NCBI GenBank assembly: GCA_016198125.1
Contig: JACQJG010000019.1
Coordinates: forward strand, 1-61,911
DNA length: 61,911 nt
Direction: 5' to 3'
Source: Candidatus Iainarchaeum sp.
GTDB lineage: Archaea; Iainarchaeota; Iainarchaeia; Iainarchaeales; VGJJ01
Below are positions 9,897 to 18,517 of this stretch, one piece after another. Below the pieces are notes generated by a model. It had not been told where the DNA came from and made no database searches. It saw only the letters and a program-made list of their open reading frames with translations. Positions within the stretch are counted from its first letter, which is position 1. Every line of letters begins with the position of its first letter. Both the position numbers and the translations under genes were made by a program.

Positions 9897-10793
9897 ATGA
9901 CTCCAGTGACTGTTAAAACATTTTTCATTGCACTTGTAAGTACGCTTTTTCTTACAGGGTGCGTACAGCAAACCCCTGTAACCCCGACTCCCACAGTACC
10001 ACTTGGCATTGCAGTTGAATTTACGAGCATTCCAAGCGAAGTTGATTTTGGCGAAAGCGCAAGCGTTTCATGGAAAGTGAGTGGTAACCCTGGGAGTATT
10101 AGCGAAACAAGAATTTTGTTTGACAAACAGCCCGGGCAGGCGGTTTTAACCGCGTATTCCACTACCACAAGTGCTCAAACAGGAACCATTCCGCAAACCT
10201 TTACCGCCAGCGTCCAGCCCACGGCAGTGGGTTTTGTGTTCATGCGCGCATACGCGAAAATTGATGGAAAAGACTATTTTTCCGGCGAAGAAAAAGTGGA
10301 AGTAGAGGCCTATGAAGAAGGCACAGAAGAACAGGAAGAAGAAGTGAAAACGTGTCCTGCATGCCTGGCCCCCTCAGATTGGAGTGCATGCGAAAATGGA
10401 ACGCAGGCAAGGGAAAATTTCAAGTGCTCGGCTGAAACGAATTTTTTATGCCAGCCCTTCCAGGAAACGCAGGCTTGCGAAGAGCCAGTGGAGCCTCAAC
10501 CCCCCATACCAGCGAACGTTGAATTCACAATTGAATTTGATGATGCCGGGTTTTACCCCAATGAAGTGCAGGCAAGTGAAGGGGACACCGTTAAAATTAC
10601 GTTCCAGCAACGCACCACCAACATTGGATTTGGCGGAGGCGATTTAATCAGCGAATTGTTCAACTCTGGAACCATTCCTCCTGGCGGGACATATGTGGCG
10701 CAATTTGCAATGCCTGGCACGGATGTGAAAGTGGACAACTGGTGGCCCAACAAAGCCGTGTACAAGGCGAGTTTCTTTGTACGCGTGAAGTGA
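9897..10793 (+). CDS. Lipoprotein with Ig-like, Cys-rich and C-terminal cupredoxin-like domains
   Basis: Lipobox LFLTGC; CPACLAPSDWSAC segment; FYPNEVQASEGDTVKITF cupredoxin-like start. Confidence 0.7.
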   Translation: MTPVTVKTFFIALVSTLFLTGCVQQTPVTPTPTVPLGIAVEFTSIPSEVDFGESASVSWKVSGNPGSISETRILFDKQPGQAVLTAYSTTTSAQTGTIPQTFTASVQPTAVGFVFMRAYAKIDGKDYFSGEEKVEVEAYEEGTEEQEEEVKTCPACLAPSDWSACENGTQARENFKCSAETNFLCQPFQETQACEEPVEPQPPIPANVEFTIEFDDAGFYPNEVQASEGDTVKITFQQRTTNIGFGGGDLISELFNSGTIPPGGTYVAQFAMPGTDVKVDNWWPNKAVYKASFFVRVK

Positions 10794-10800
10794 ATGAAGG

Positions 10801-11817
10801 TCAGGGCCTGCGGTGAAGTTTTTTTGCTGCGCGTTGGGCACGCACAACCAAATGTTCTTTTGTCCGAAAAAAACGGCTTTTTGAAAGCCTGAACCCTGCT
10901 TTTTTGAATGCGGCCTTGTGCATGCCTGTTGCCTCGCGGGGAATGCGTTCCATTTCTTCTTTTACCAGTAAGGCCACTTCCTTGTTTCTTTTTTCATACG
11001 CTGGGATTTCCTGCGCCGGGATTGCAATGCCAAACTGTGCTGTAAAATACCTATTTATAACATCTGCATCTCCAGGGTGACGTTCTATACGTTCTATAAA
11101 ATCTCTACTTATAAAATATCTAGCATCTATTTCTGATATTTTACCTGCTCCCACCATACTTAAAGCAACAGTGTACAGGTTTAAGGGTTTACGGTAATTA
11201 TGAAAACGCGGGTTGAGCACCACGCGCTGGGAAGGATTTTGGAATGCACGCGTAAAGCGGGACAGAAAATAGTCCAACGGGGAAGCCCCCATTCTTTCCC
11301 TGAAATCATCAATGGATTTTTTGTGGTGCCCTTGAAAGTTTCCAAGCACCACGCTCGGTTGTTTGTTTTTATTGAAATAAAAGTCGAAGTTAAACGATGC
11401 AAAGAACGCACCTCGTTTTGCGGATACTTCCTGAAGTTCCACCCCTGAAGAAAAAGGTGCATCGCCGCCTGTCGTGTAAACAAGCTGATAGCCTGCACGG
11501 GCCAGTAGGGGGTCTGAAAAGAGTGTTCTAAGCCTGGGAATAAACTGCCGCAGAAAGCTAAACAAGACATTCGATCGCCCCCCGAACCGTTTTTGCTGCC
11601 GCGCCAACTGGCGATAAGCCGAATAGGAATGCATTCGATCAATCAAATCGTAAAAAGACGCTCCTAGCAACGAATACCCTTTTCGGATTAATTCCATGTC
11701 GCTTTCCGAGAAACGATTCTTACTCCGTAGGATTATTCCAAGCGCTGTTGACCTTGGGGAGATGCCCATGGCCATGAGTTGATTTGCGGCTTGCCTTTGC
11801 GTGAATGTTTTTGGCAT
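10801..11817 (-). CDS. Hypothetical basic protein, weak VirK/YbjX (DUF535)-like segment
   Basis: 338 aa; SFNFDFY...SVVLGNFQG resembles the DUF535 IGxLQG motif (remote). Confidence 0.6.
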   Translation of the reverse strand: MPKTFTQRQAANQLMAMGISPRSTALGIILRSKNRFSESDMELIRKGYSLLGASFYDLIDRMHSYSAYRQLARQQKRFGGRSNVLFSFLRQFIPRLRTLFSDPLLARAGYQLVYTTGGDAPFSSGVELQEVSAKRGAFFASFNFDFYFNKNKQPSVVLGNFQGHHKKSIDDFRERMGASPLDYFLSRFTRAFQNPSQRVVLNPRFHNYRKPLNLYTVALSMVGAGKISEIDARYFISRDFIERIERHPGDADVINRYFTAQFGIAIPAQEIPAYEKRNKEVALLVKEEMERIPREATGMHKAAFKKAGFRLSKSRFFRTKEHLVVRAQRAAKKLHRRP

Positions 11818-11894
11818 GAGAAGAAGAGCCTGGAAGCCTATTTATAGGTAGCCTTCAATTTCAATCCGCTTGTAATTCAAGCGCCTTTTTTCGC

Positions 11895-12677
11895 TTATTT
11901 GTTTGCCTTGGTGCGCAGTCTTTTCATGATTTGGAGTTGCCTGAAAATCTCGCCAGAGTCTATTTTTTCGCGCACGTGTTTCAGTCCTGCTCTTGTAAAA
12001 CCGCTGTTCGGAAAAAGGTAGCCGCGTTGAACCATTTCTTTTTCCCATTCCCGCAAGGGTTTGATTAGCCGCCCATTTGGGTCAATGGGGGAATCTGCCC
12101 ACAGCAAAATAGCGCCGTCTTCGCCGTGCTTTTTGAAAATGGATTGGGTATGCCTTGCAATCCTGTACTCTGAAAAAAAGAACACGGTGAAAGGAAAGAA
12201 AAGCGCCAAGAGGAGTTTGTTGGGGGAAGCCTGCAATGCATTAAATGCCATTCCATGTGCGCCTTTTTTTGAAACCAATGGATTCGTGAGTTCTCTAAAC
12301 TTTCTATGCCGGCCCGCTCGTCGTAGGATTGGTGGAAACAAGGGGTACGCCTTGTAAAAGTCCTTTGTACCTGCCTTTGCATAGGCCATTCTAAAGTAGC
12401 GTATTAAGAGTTTTTGGCGTGGCGGACTTAAGAGGTTTTGGAGGGCATGGCGGTATTCGTGGGGTTTGAAAATAGGCTCTAACCACCCCACAAGCGGGTG
12501 AAAACGATAGGAATGTTCTGTGTTAGAGTATGCCGGGTTTACGTCTCCAAAGGATTTGTGCCTTATCTTTACTGGGTGCAATGCCTGCACGGGCACTCCG
12601 GTAATTTGAGACACGCGCTTGAATAGCTTTTTGTTGTCTATTCCGCTGTACTTCTTGCGGGAACGCTGGGGAGGCAT
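11895..12677 (-). CDS. Hypothetical basic protein with HEYRH motif
   Basis: 260 aa ORF; HEXXH-like PHEYRHALQ; one hydrophobic segment. Confidence 0.6.
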   Translation of the reverse strand: MPPQRSRKKYSGIDNKKLFKRVSQITGVPVQALHPVKIRHKSFGDVNPAYSNTEHSYRFHPLVGWLEPIFKPHEYRHALQNLLSPPRQKLLIRYFRMAYAKAGTKDFYKAYPLFPPILRRAGRHRKFRELTNPLVSKKGAHGMAFNALQASPNKLLLALFFPFTVFFFSEYRIARHTQSIFKKHGEDGAILLWADSPIDPNGRLIKPLREWEKEMVQRGYLFPNSGFTRAGLKHVREKIDSGEIFRQLQIMKRLRTKANK

Positions 12678-12682
12678 TCATA

Positions 12683-13816
12683 TCACTCGGTTTCTACCAC
12701 TATTTTCTTGTGCTTTAAATCCATGCTGTTTACAAATGGAAACTCTTTTTTCAGTGTTTCAAGGGCTTTTTTGTCCGGCATTTTTTGCGCGTGCAGGTCT
12801 TTGGTGCGTTCCATGGCCGCATGCAATTCCGCGAGATGGCTTTGAATATACTGGGCTTTTTCCTTGTTTTCTTTTTCAAGGGTTTCAAATTTTTTTAATG
12901 CCTCTTCTTGCTGAGCCATGCTTTTCTGCAAGGCCAAAACCTTTGCGTTTGGTTTTTCAATGGATTCTTTTGTCCCTGGCAGGGGTTGGGCGTTAAGGAG
13001 CGGCGTAAGGTGCAGGTCAAGCGCCTCGTTGAGCGTTGAAAAGTTTTTTTGCGAAAGAGTTGAACCCCTGTTCAAAGGAAAGGGAAGCAGTACTGTTTTG
13101 CCCCGGTCCTCTACAAGGGTTGCGTTCATGCGCGTTGGATTTGGAAGCGCATAATAGAATTGAATGCGCTCGTGCAATGCGCGAACGCTGGCGTCTGACA
13201 ACGCACCTGCAGGGCTGTTTTTTGGAAGATTGCAGTCCATGCATATTTGTTCGGCGACAAATGGAATGACATTCATGTCATGAATGAGGCTGTGCACTAA
13301 ATCGTTGGAAGTCGCGGAGAAAATGCTTTTCAACTGCATGAGTGTAACGTTAAAGGGATTGCACAACCCGGCTTTTGGAAACGCGTAGGGTTTGTTGCGC
13401 TCTATGATTCTGGAACCCCACTCCTGTCTTTCAAAGGGCTGGAGAATGTTCCACTTCTTATCGCATAAAATCATGTTGCCTTTGGAGAAAAGTTCTGCAA
13501 TTAAGTAGTACTCGTTGAATGCGAATACAACCACGCGTTCAGCTTCATGCTGGTGGAATGCATGGACGCGCTGGTTGAGCAGGCGTTTTTTCAGGAATTC
13601 AACAAAATTGGATGGTTTTTCAAGTGCTTGGATTTTGTACTGGGTGAAATAAATGGCTTCTTTGGTGATGAGCATGTCGTGTGCGCCCTGCTTGGAGTGG
13701 AGTTTGAGGCGTAATGCTTTGGGGCCCACCTGCTGGATTTTGTTTACAAAGGCGCCTTCGATAAAGGGTTGGAGGTACGCAACCTGGTAGGCAAGGGAAA
13801 GGTTGTTGAGGTCCAT
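12683..13816 (-). CDS. NFACT/RqcH (ribosome quality control) N-terminal portion
   Basis: IEGAFVNKIQQV, LIAELFSKGNMILCD, ILQPFERQEWGSRII...YAFP, FSTLNEALD, then coiled coil; start at MDLNNL; no NFACT-R domain. Confidence 0.85.
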   Translation of the reverse strand: MDLNNLSLAYQVAYLQPFIEGAFVNKIQQVGPKALRLKLHSKQGAHDMLITKEAIYFTQYKIQALEKPSNFVEFLKKRLLNQRVHAFHQHEAERVVVFAFNEYYLIAELFSKGNMILCDKKWNILQPFERQEWGSRIIERNKPYAFPKAGLCNPFNVTLMQLKSIFSATSNDLVHSLIHDMNVIPFVAEQICMDCNLPKNSPAGALSDASVRALHERIQFYYALPNPTRMNATLVEDRGKTVLLPFPLNRGSTLSQKNFSTLNEALDLHLTPLLNAQPLPGTKESIEKPNAKVLALQKSMAQQEEALKKFETLEKENKEKAQYIQSHLAELHAAMERTKDLHAQKMPDKKALETLKKEFPFVNSMDLKHKKIVVETE

Positions 13817-13873
13817 GAAAACATGTATGGGTAGAAAACGTATTTTAAGGCGCAGGCTGTTAGTGGGACCATC

Positions 13874-14578
13874 ATGAAAGGCGTTGGACGCAGTATTAAG
13901 CGTGCGTGGAAGCGCATTCCTTTGGCGCGCAGGAAAAGAATGCATGCACTGCGCGCGTACAAGGCGCTTACGGGGTATCGTTCCCCTGAAGAAGTGCGCA
14001 GGGCTTTTTTGCCTGAAATGGGGTTGCGGGCTCAAACGTATTACCGTGAAATGCTGCATGAAAACATTCCCCTTTTGAGAGGGCTTTTGCACGAACCGCG
14101 TTTAATGCCCCATCCGCGTTTAAGGGTGCTGGTTGAGGATGCCTTGAAAGTGGCGGATGGATTTCACCACCTTCACCGGGCGGATCCTTTGTATAACCTA
14201 ATCCTAGTGCAGTATCAGTACCGAATCATGGAATTGCATGACCGGTTGGGAAGCCTTGAACGGGCAAAAAAACTTCGGACGCCGGAACAGGCGCACGGCA
14301 TTGGAGAACTCAGGGTTGCCGTGGAACTGGCTTACCTGCAATTGGGGGTTAAAGAAAACGTTCAGTTGAAAGAAAAGCAGGAAGTTTTAAACATCCTTTT
14401 GACCACTCTTTCACATGTTCCTTGGAAAGAGGTTGGAAAAAAGTTGGATGTTTTTTTGAAGGGCCGGGCAAAGTCTTTTTTAAAATATTATTGGAAAAAT
14501 AATCAGGAACTCCAAAAACTGGACACGCACGTGTTTTATCTCCAGGATTTAAGGAAAAAATACCCCGGTGGCAATTGA
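13874..14578 (+). CDS. Hypothetical basic helical protein
   Basis: 234 aa ORF divergent from NFACT, R/K-rich N-terminus. Confidence 0.6.
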   Translation: MKGVGRSIKRAWKRIPLARRKRMHALRAYKALTGYRSPEEVRRAFLPEMGLRAQTYYREMLHENIPLLRGLLHEPRLMPHPRLRVLVEDALKVADGFHHLHRADPLYNLILVQYQYRIMELHDRLGSLERAKKLRTPEQAHGIGELRVAVELAYLQLGVKENVQLKEKQEVLNILLTTLSHVPWKEVGKKLDVFLKGRAKSFLKYYWKNNQELQKLDTHVFYLQDLRKKYPGGN

Positions 14579-14947
14579 TTAAAGGGGCATCGTGTTTTCG
14601 CCTTCAAAATGCGGGTCCCCGGTGACAACAGGGAGTTGGTGTTGCCGGCTGGCGGCAAGTATGATGGCGTCCACCAGCCCAAAATCTTTGTGCATAACGC
14701 GTTTTTTTACCTTCAAAATGCCTGCCAATTCCATTGTTTGAACATCGGCTTCCAGAACGGTTGAAAAGGCTTTAACGTACCCTAACAGTCTTTTTCGGTC
14801 AAGGCCTTCGCGTTCAATCCACTCGCTCAATTCGGCAAGAGAGATCACGCTTGTAAAACACGCATTTGCGCGCAATAACGCCGCTGCTTTTTGCCCTTTG
14901 GCCGTGTTTTTGAAGAATTCAACCCAGGCATACGTGTCAAACAGCAT
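14579..14947 (-). CDS. vapC: PIN-domain toxin (VapC)
   Basis: LFDTYAWVE, LAEL, GLVDAIILA, VTGDPHF. Confidence 0.92.
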   Translation of the reverse strand: MLFDTYAWVEFFKNTAKGQKAAALLRANACFTSVISLAELSEWIEREGLDRKRLLGYVKAFSTVLEADVQTMELAGILKVKKRVMHKDFGLVDAIILAASRQHQLPVVTGDPHFEGENTMPL

Positions 14948-15157
14948 TCAAATTACCCTGTCATGATGGTCCCGTACAAAGGGCCTTGCCCCTTTGGCTG
15001 CACCCAAAGCCTCGGCAATCGCTTTTAGGTTCTTCTTCAAAATGACCACGCGCACGGTCTCGTTCTTCTTCAATTTCTCTTCCAAAACAACGGTCTGCGG
15101 GATTAAAATGCCCAAAGACGAGCCAACTTGGCGGACTTTGCCTTCAAATGATTCCAT
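14948..15157 (-). CDS. vapB: AbrB/MazE-family antitoxin
   Basis: KVRQVGSSLGILIP swapped-hairpin motif; abuts the PIN gene. Confidence 0.88.
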   Translation of the reverse strand: MESFEGKVRQVGSSLGILIPQTVVLEEKLKKNETVRVVILKKNLKAIAEALGAAKGARPFVRDHHDRVI

Positions 15158-15168
15158 AAAATCACCGA

Positions 15169-15200
15169 TTATAATATGTTATAACTTTGTATAAAAGCTT
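15169..15200 (-). promoter_or_regulatory. Putative TATA box and operator of TA module 1
   Basis: TTATAA-N4-TTATAA (15169-15184) just upstream of the GGTGA RBS; minus-strand TTTTATA at about 15190-15196. Confidence 0.45.
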
Positions 15201-15223
15201 TTGCCTGCCTGGACGCCGGTGAA

Positions 15224-15868
15224 TCATTGCAAAAATTGCTCGTAGTTACTGCGGTTGAACTTGTACAGGAAGCGTTTGATTTTGTTTCCGTTAAATGAGT
15301 ATGCTTCCAGGACTTTTACTTTGTCGCCCAGGAATGCATTGAATGGATGGGTTTGACACGGGTCTAAAAGCAGGAATTCTTTTGTGAGTCCGTTTGAGAG
15401 TTCAGTCATTACAAAGGCGTGGGGGGTTAAATTGGAGAGCTCGGCTACCACCACATGGGAATTGGAGTCGCCAAGCGCGTGCATGATGGCGCAAAGGAAA
15501 ATGGCAAGGTCTTCGTCATCGGATACTTTGGATGAAAGAATTTCTTTGGGGGTCAGCCAGCAGTTGAGTTCTACTTCCAATGGAACGTAGCTGATTTCCT
15601 TGGAAAGGAATTCAAATGCAGTGGAAAGCGCCTGTGCATAATGGTCGGAAAACACGTAAGGAACTGGTTTGAACTCGGCCACAATGGATTGAATGGTGAG
15701 GTCGTCCGGGTTTACAAGGGCTTTGACTTCTCCAACGGTTTTGCGTTCAAAGCTGTTGATGAGGTCCGCATACTTGTACGCAAGGAGTTTGTAGAACAGG
15801 AGTTGTTTGTGTTCATCCGCGTGTTGGGTTGTGTTGGTTGACCCCATGGCCTTCACCCAAAAATCCAT
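15224..15868 (-). CDS. Transglutaminase-like fold protein, catalytic Cys apparently absent
   Basis: WLTPKEIL...SDDEDLAIFLCAIMHALG...HAFV...LLDP, where the family usually has GDCDD. Confidence 0.65.
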   Translation of the reverse strand: MDFWVKAMGSTNTTQHADEHKQLLFYKLLAYKYADLINSFERKTVGEVKALVNPDDLTIQSIVAEFKPVPYVFSDHYAQALSTAFEFLSKEISYVPLEVELNCWLTPKEILSSKVSDDEDLAIFLCAIMHALGDSNSHVVVAELSNLTPHAFVMTELSNGLTKEFLLLDPCQTHPFNAFLGDKVKVLEAYSFNGNKIKRFLYKFNRSNYEQFLQ

Positions 15869-15923
15869 TTTTATACATAACCTGTTGGGGGGTTAGGCTT
15901 TTAATGAACTCGTTTGGATTGTA

Positions 15924-17279
15924 ATGGAAATGACAAAAGTGCGGTTCTTGGGAGCATGCAGAGGCGTTGGTCGGAGTTCGTTCTGGTTTTTCCATGGAAA
16001 TTTGAATGTGCTGTTGGACGCGGGCATGGATGTGGGGGCTGAAGGGGAAAGCAGGTACCCCTTGTTGGACGACCAAGACATTCCGCGTTTGGATTTTTTA
16101 ATTGTAAGTCACGCCCACTTGGACCATTCCGGGTACATTCCGTATATGGTCAAACACGGGTTTAAGGGCATTATTTTATGCACGCGCGGAACAAGGGATG
16201 TAATGGAATTGCTGTGGTTGGATGCGGCGCGCATTGGAAAAGAAAACAAGGATGCCTTGTACGGGGAAAAGGACGTGACAAAGACGCTAAAACGCATTCG
16301 GGCAGTGGAGTATCATCAGCATGTGCGTTTGGGCAAAGGGGTTGGACTGGAATTCCTGAATGCAGGCCATATTTTGGGAAGCGCGTTGGTGGTATTGGAA
16401 TTTGACGGAAAAAAATTTGTGTACACCGGGGATTTTTCCGGAAAGGAAACGCATTTGTTTCACCGCTTTGAACGCCCGCCAAAAACGGATTTTCTCATGA
16501 TGGAGTGCACGTATGCAGGCACCGACCAGGTGCTTCCCTCTACTCCAAACGCAAGCCATGAGCTTGCAAAACAGGTAAAAAAGGCTTTGGAGCGCAAAGG
16601 GTCTGTGTTGATCCCAGTGTTTGCTGTTGGAAGAGGACAGGAAATCATGCTGGCATTGGCCCAGGCCATGGAATCAGGTTTTCTCCCGCGAGTGCCTATT
16701 TGGCTGGATGGGATGATCAACAAGGCCACGGATGCGCACGTGCGAAACGTGCTCCAATTAAGAGAAAGCATTGCCAAGCGCATTTTGCTTGCAAAATCCA
16801 ACCCGTTCAAGGCAAAATTCTTTCGCGTGCCCAGTTCCAAGGAAAAAAGGGAGGTATTCGCTCAGCAGGGAATCGTGCTCGCGACTTCAGGCATGCTTAC
16901 TGGGGGGCCTGCACGGTTGTACTTGGAGCGCTTTGCGCCGGATGCGCGCAACATGCTCATACTTGTTGGATACCAGGCCCATGGAAGTTTGGGCCGCACG
17001 CTTGCAGAGGGCGCGCGCATGGTTGAAATAAGGAAGCGCGTGGGGGTGAAGCGCGTACACGTGCGCATGGACGTGCAGAGCGTGCATTTTTCCGGGCATG
17101 CAGATTACCCGGGGTTGGTGAATTTCGTACGGGAAGCCCAGCCCAAAACCGTTTTCCTTGTTCATGGAGAGCATAAGAAAATGGAGGCATTCAAAGGAGT
17201 GGTGGAGAAAAAGTTTAAGGCCCGCGTGCTCATTCCTTATTTGGGGCAAACGGTTCCGTTGGAGGGAAAAGGGTTTTGA
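15924..17279 (+). CDS. MBL-fold beta-CASP ribonuclease (aCPSF-like, no KH domains)
   Basis: FLGACRGVGRS, SHAHLDHSG, AGHILGS, YTGDF, IPVFAVGRGQE, ATSGMLTGG, FSGHAD, LVHGE. Confidence 0.93.
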   Translation: MEMTKVRFLGACRGVGRSSFWFFHGNLNVLLDAGMDVGAEGESRYPLLDDQDIPRLDFLIVSHAHLDHSGYIPYMVKHGFKGIILCTRGTRDVMELLWLDAARIGKENKDALYGEKDVTKTLKRIRAVEYHQHVRLGKGVGLEFLNAGHILGSALVVLEFDGKKFVYTGDFSGKETHLFHRFERPPKTDFLMMECTYAGTDQVLPSTPNASHELAKQVKKALERKGSVLIPVFAVGRGQEIMLALAQAMESGFLPRVPIWLDGMINKATDAHVRNVLQLRESIAKRILLAKSNPFKAKFFRVPSSKEKREVFAQQGIVLATSGMLTGGPARLYLERFAPDARNMLILVGYQAHGSLGRTLAEGARMVEIRKRVGVKRVHVRMDVQSVHFSGHADYPGLVNFVREAQPKTVFLVHGEHKKMEAFKGVVEKKFKARVLIPYLGQTVPLEGKGF

Positions 17280-17680
17280 ATGCAAAAGGCCAAATTGGTT
17301 TTGAGTACCTGGTTTTGACCGGGTTTTTGCTGCTGATCATTGCATTGGTGTTTGCGTATTCATTTGTTTCGTATTCGCAGGCCATTCAAAGCCAGAAGGC
17401 AGAGGCTTCGTTAAATGCAATTGTGGGGGCAAGCGATTACGTGTATGGGCGCGGCAATGGAAACACGTTGCTCGTGGATATTGAAGTTCCGGAAGGCGTT
17501 TCATCGTTTCAGGTTCTGGACAACATTGTTTCCATGCGCGTGAGTGGCGCATTTGGTTCTTCGGATTATTTGAGAACCTCCAAAGCCGCTTTTGTGCCTG
17601 CTTCTTTGTCCACTTCCAGCGGGCCGCGCACCCTTAAAGTGGAAGCCGTGGATGCAAACGTGCGCGTGACCGGGGTGTAA
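17276..17680 (+). CDS. Class III signal peptide minor pilin
   Basis: KG/QIGFEYLVLTGFLLLII with E at +5; TTG start overlaps the RNase stop. Confidence 0.85.
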   Translation: MNAKGQIGFEYLVLTGFLLLIIALVFAYSFVSYSQAIQSQKAEASLNAIVGASDYVYGRGNGNTLLVDIEVPEGVSSFQVLDNIVSMRVSGAFGSSDYLRTSKAAFVPASLSTSSGPRTLKVEAVDANVRVTGV

Positions 17681-17684
17681 AGCC

Positions 17685-18041
17685 ATGCGTGCCCAACTCG
17701 TGCTTGAGATTGTGGTGGGGGTCGTAGTAATCCTGCTTGTTTTTGTGGGCGTGCTCCTGGTGGTAGGCCAACAGGGAGAAAGCTTGCGCCGCACGGAGAC
17801 AAGCACGCTTGAAAGTCAAACGTGCCGGGGACTTGCGCACGCCATTGAAAGCGTGTATGAAGGCGGGCCTACCAGCGAAGTGCGTGTACAACTTTCGTTG
17901 GATGCGAACATTCAGACTGGTTTTATTCTCGTAGGGGAAACGTTTTGCACGGCGCATGCCCAAGTAAGCAATGCCAGTCTTTCTGCCGGCCAGGTGCGCG
18001 TGCGCAATGCAAGCAGTGTTGTTGAGGTGTCCAACACGTGA
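17685..18041 (+). CDS. Class III signal peptide minor pilin
   Basis: RA/QLVLEIVVGVVVILLVF. Confidence 0.82.
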   Translation: MRAQLVLEIVVGVVVILLVFVGVLLVVGQQGESLRRTETSTLESQTCRGLAHAIESVYEGGPTSEVRVQLSLDANIQTGFILVGETFCTAHAQVSNASLSAGQVRVRNASSVVEVSNT

Positions 18042-18517
18042 AAGGCAGGGGGCAGGTCAGCCTGGTAGATGCATTGGCTGCGTTTTTTGTATTCCTTTTG
18101 GTGTTTGCAGGGTTAATGGGCATTACCGCCCAGTTAAACCATTCAAGGTATGCACAAAATGTTCAAGCCGACCTTGAGTTTTATGCCGTGCAGGGCCTTG
18201 CAAGGCTTACCCAAACACCGGGACTTCCATTAAGTTGGGACTCAAATACTATGACTGTTTCAACCCTTGGACTGGCGTTCAAGCCAGGGGTTTTAAGCAT
18301 GTCCAAAGTCAATGCGTTTGCGTCCATGGATTACAATACGGCGCGCACCGCTTTGGGAGTTAACGGGTATGATTTTTTCTTTTCCTTGGATGGCGTGCAG
18401 GATTATAATGTTGGACTGCCGTTGTATGCCACGGGCCAGCAGGCTTCGGCACAAACAAGTGTAAGCATGAATGGGGGAATCGGCATTGCACGGCTTTACG
18501 TGTACCAAGTCAAGTAG
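18038..18517 (+). CDS. Pilin-like protein (class III signal, D near +5/+6)
   Basis: RG/QVSLVDALAAFFVFLL; TPGLPLSW...LGLA motif. Confidence 0.82.
   Translation: MKGRGQVSLVDALAAFFVFLLVFAGLMGITAQLNHSRYAQNVQADLEFYAVQGLARLTQTPGLPLSWDSNTMTVSTLGLAFKPGVLSMSKVNAFASMDYNTARTALGVNGYDFFFSLDGVQDYNVGLPLYATGQQASAQTSVSMNGGIGIARLYVYQVK

Noticed and set aside
13817-14092. N-terminal extension of the NFACT ORF given in the track
   Set aside because: Overlaps the divergent 13874 gene; family similarity begins at MDLNNL (13816).
14579-15157. TA modules as markers of an integrated mobile element
   Set aside because: No integrase, transposase or att-like repeats seen near either VapBC pair.
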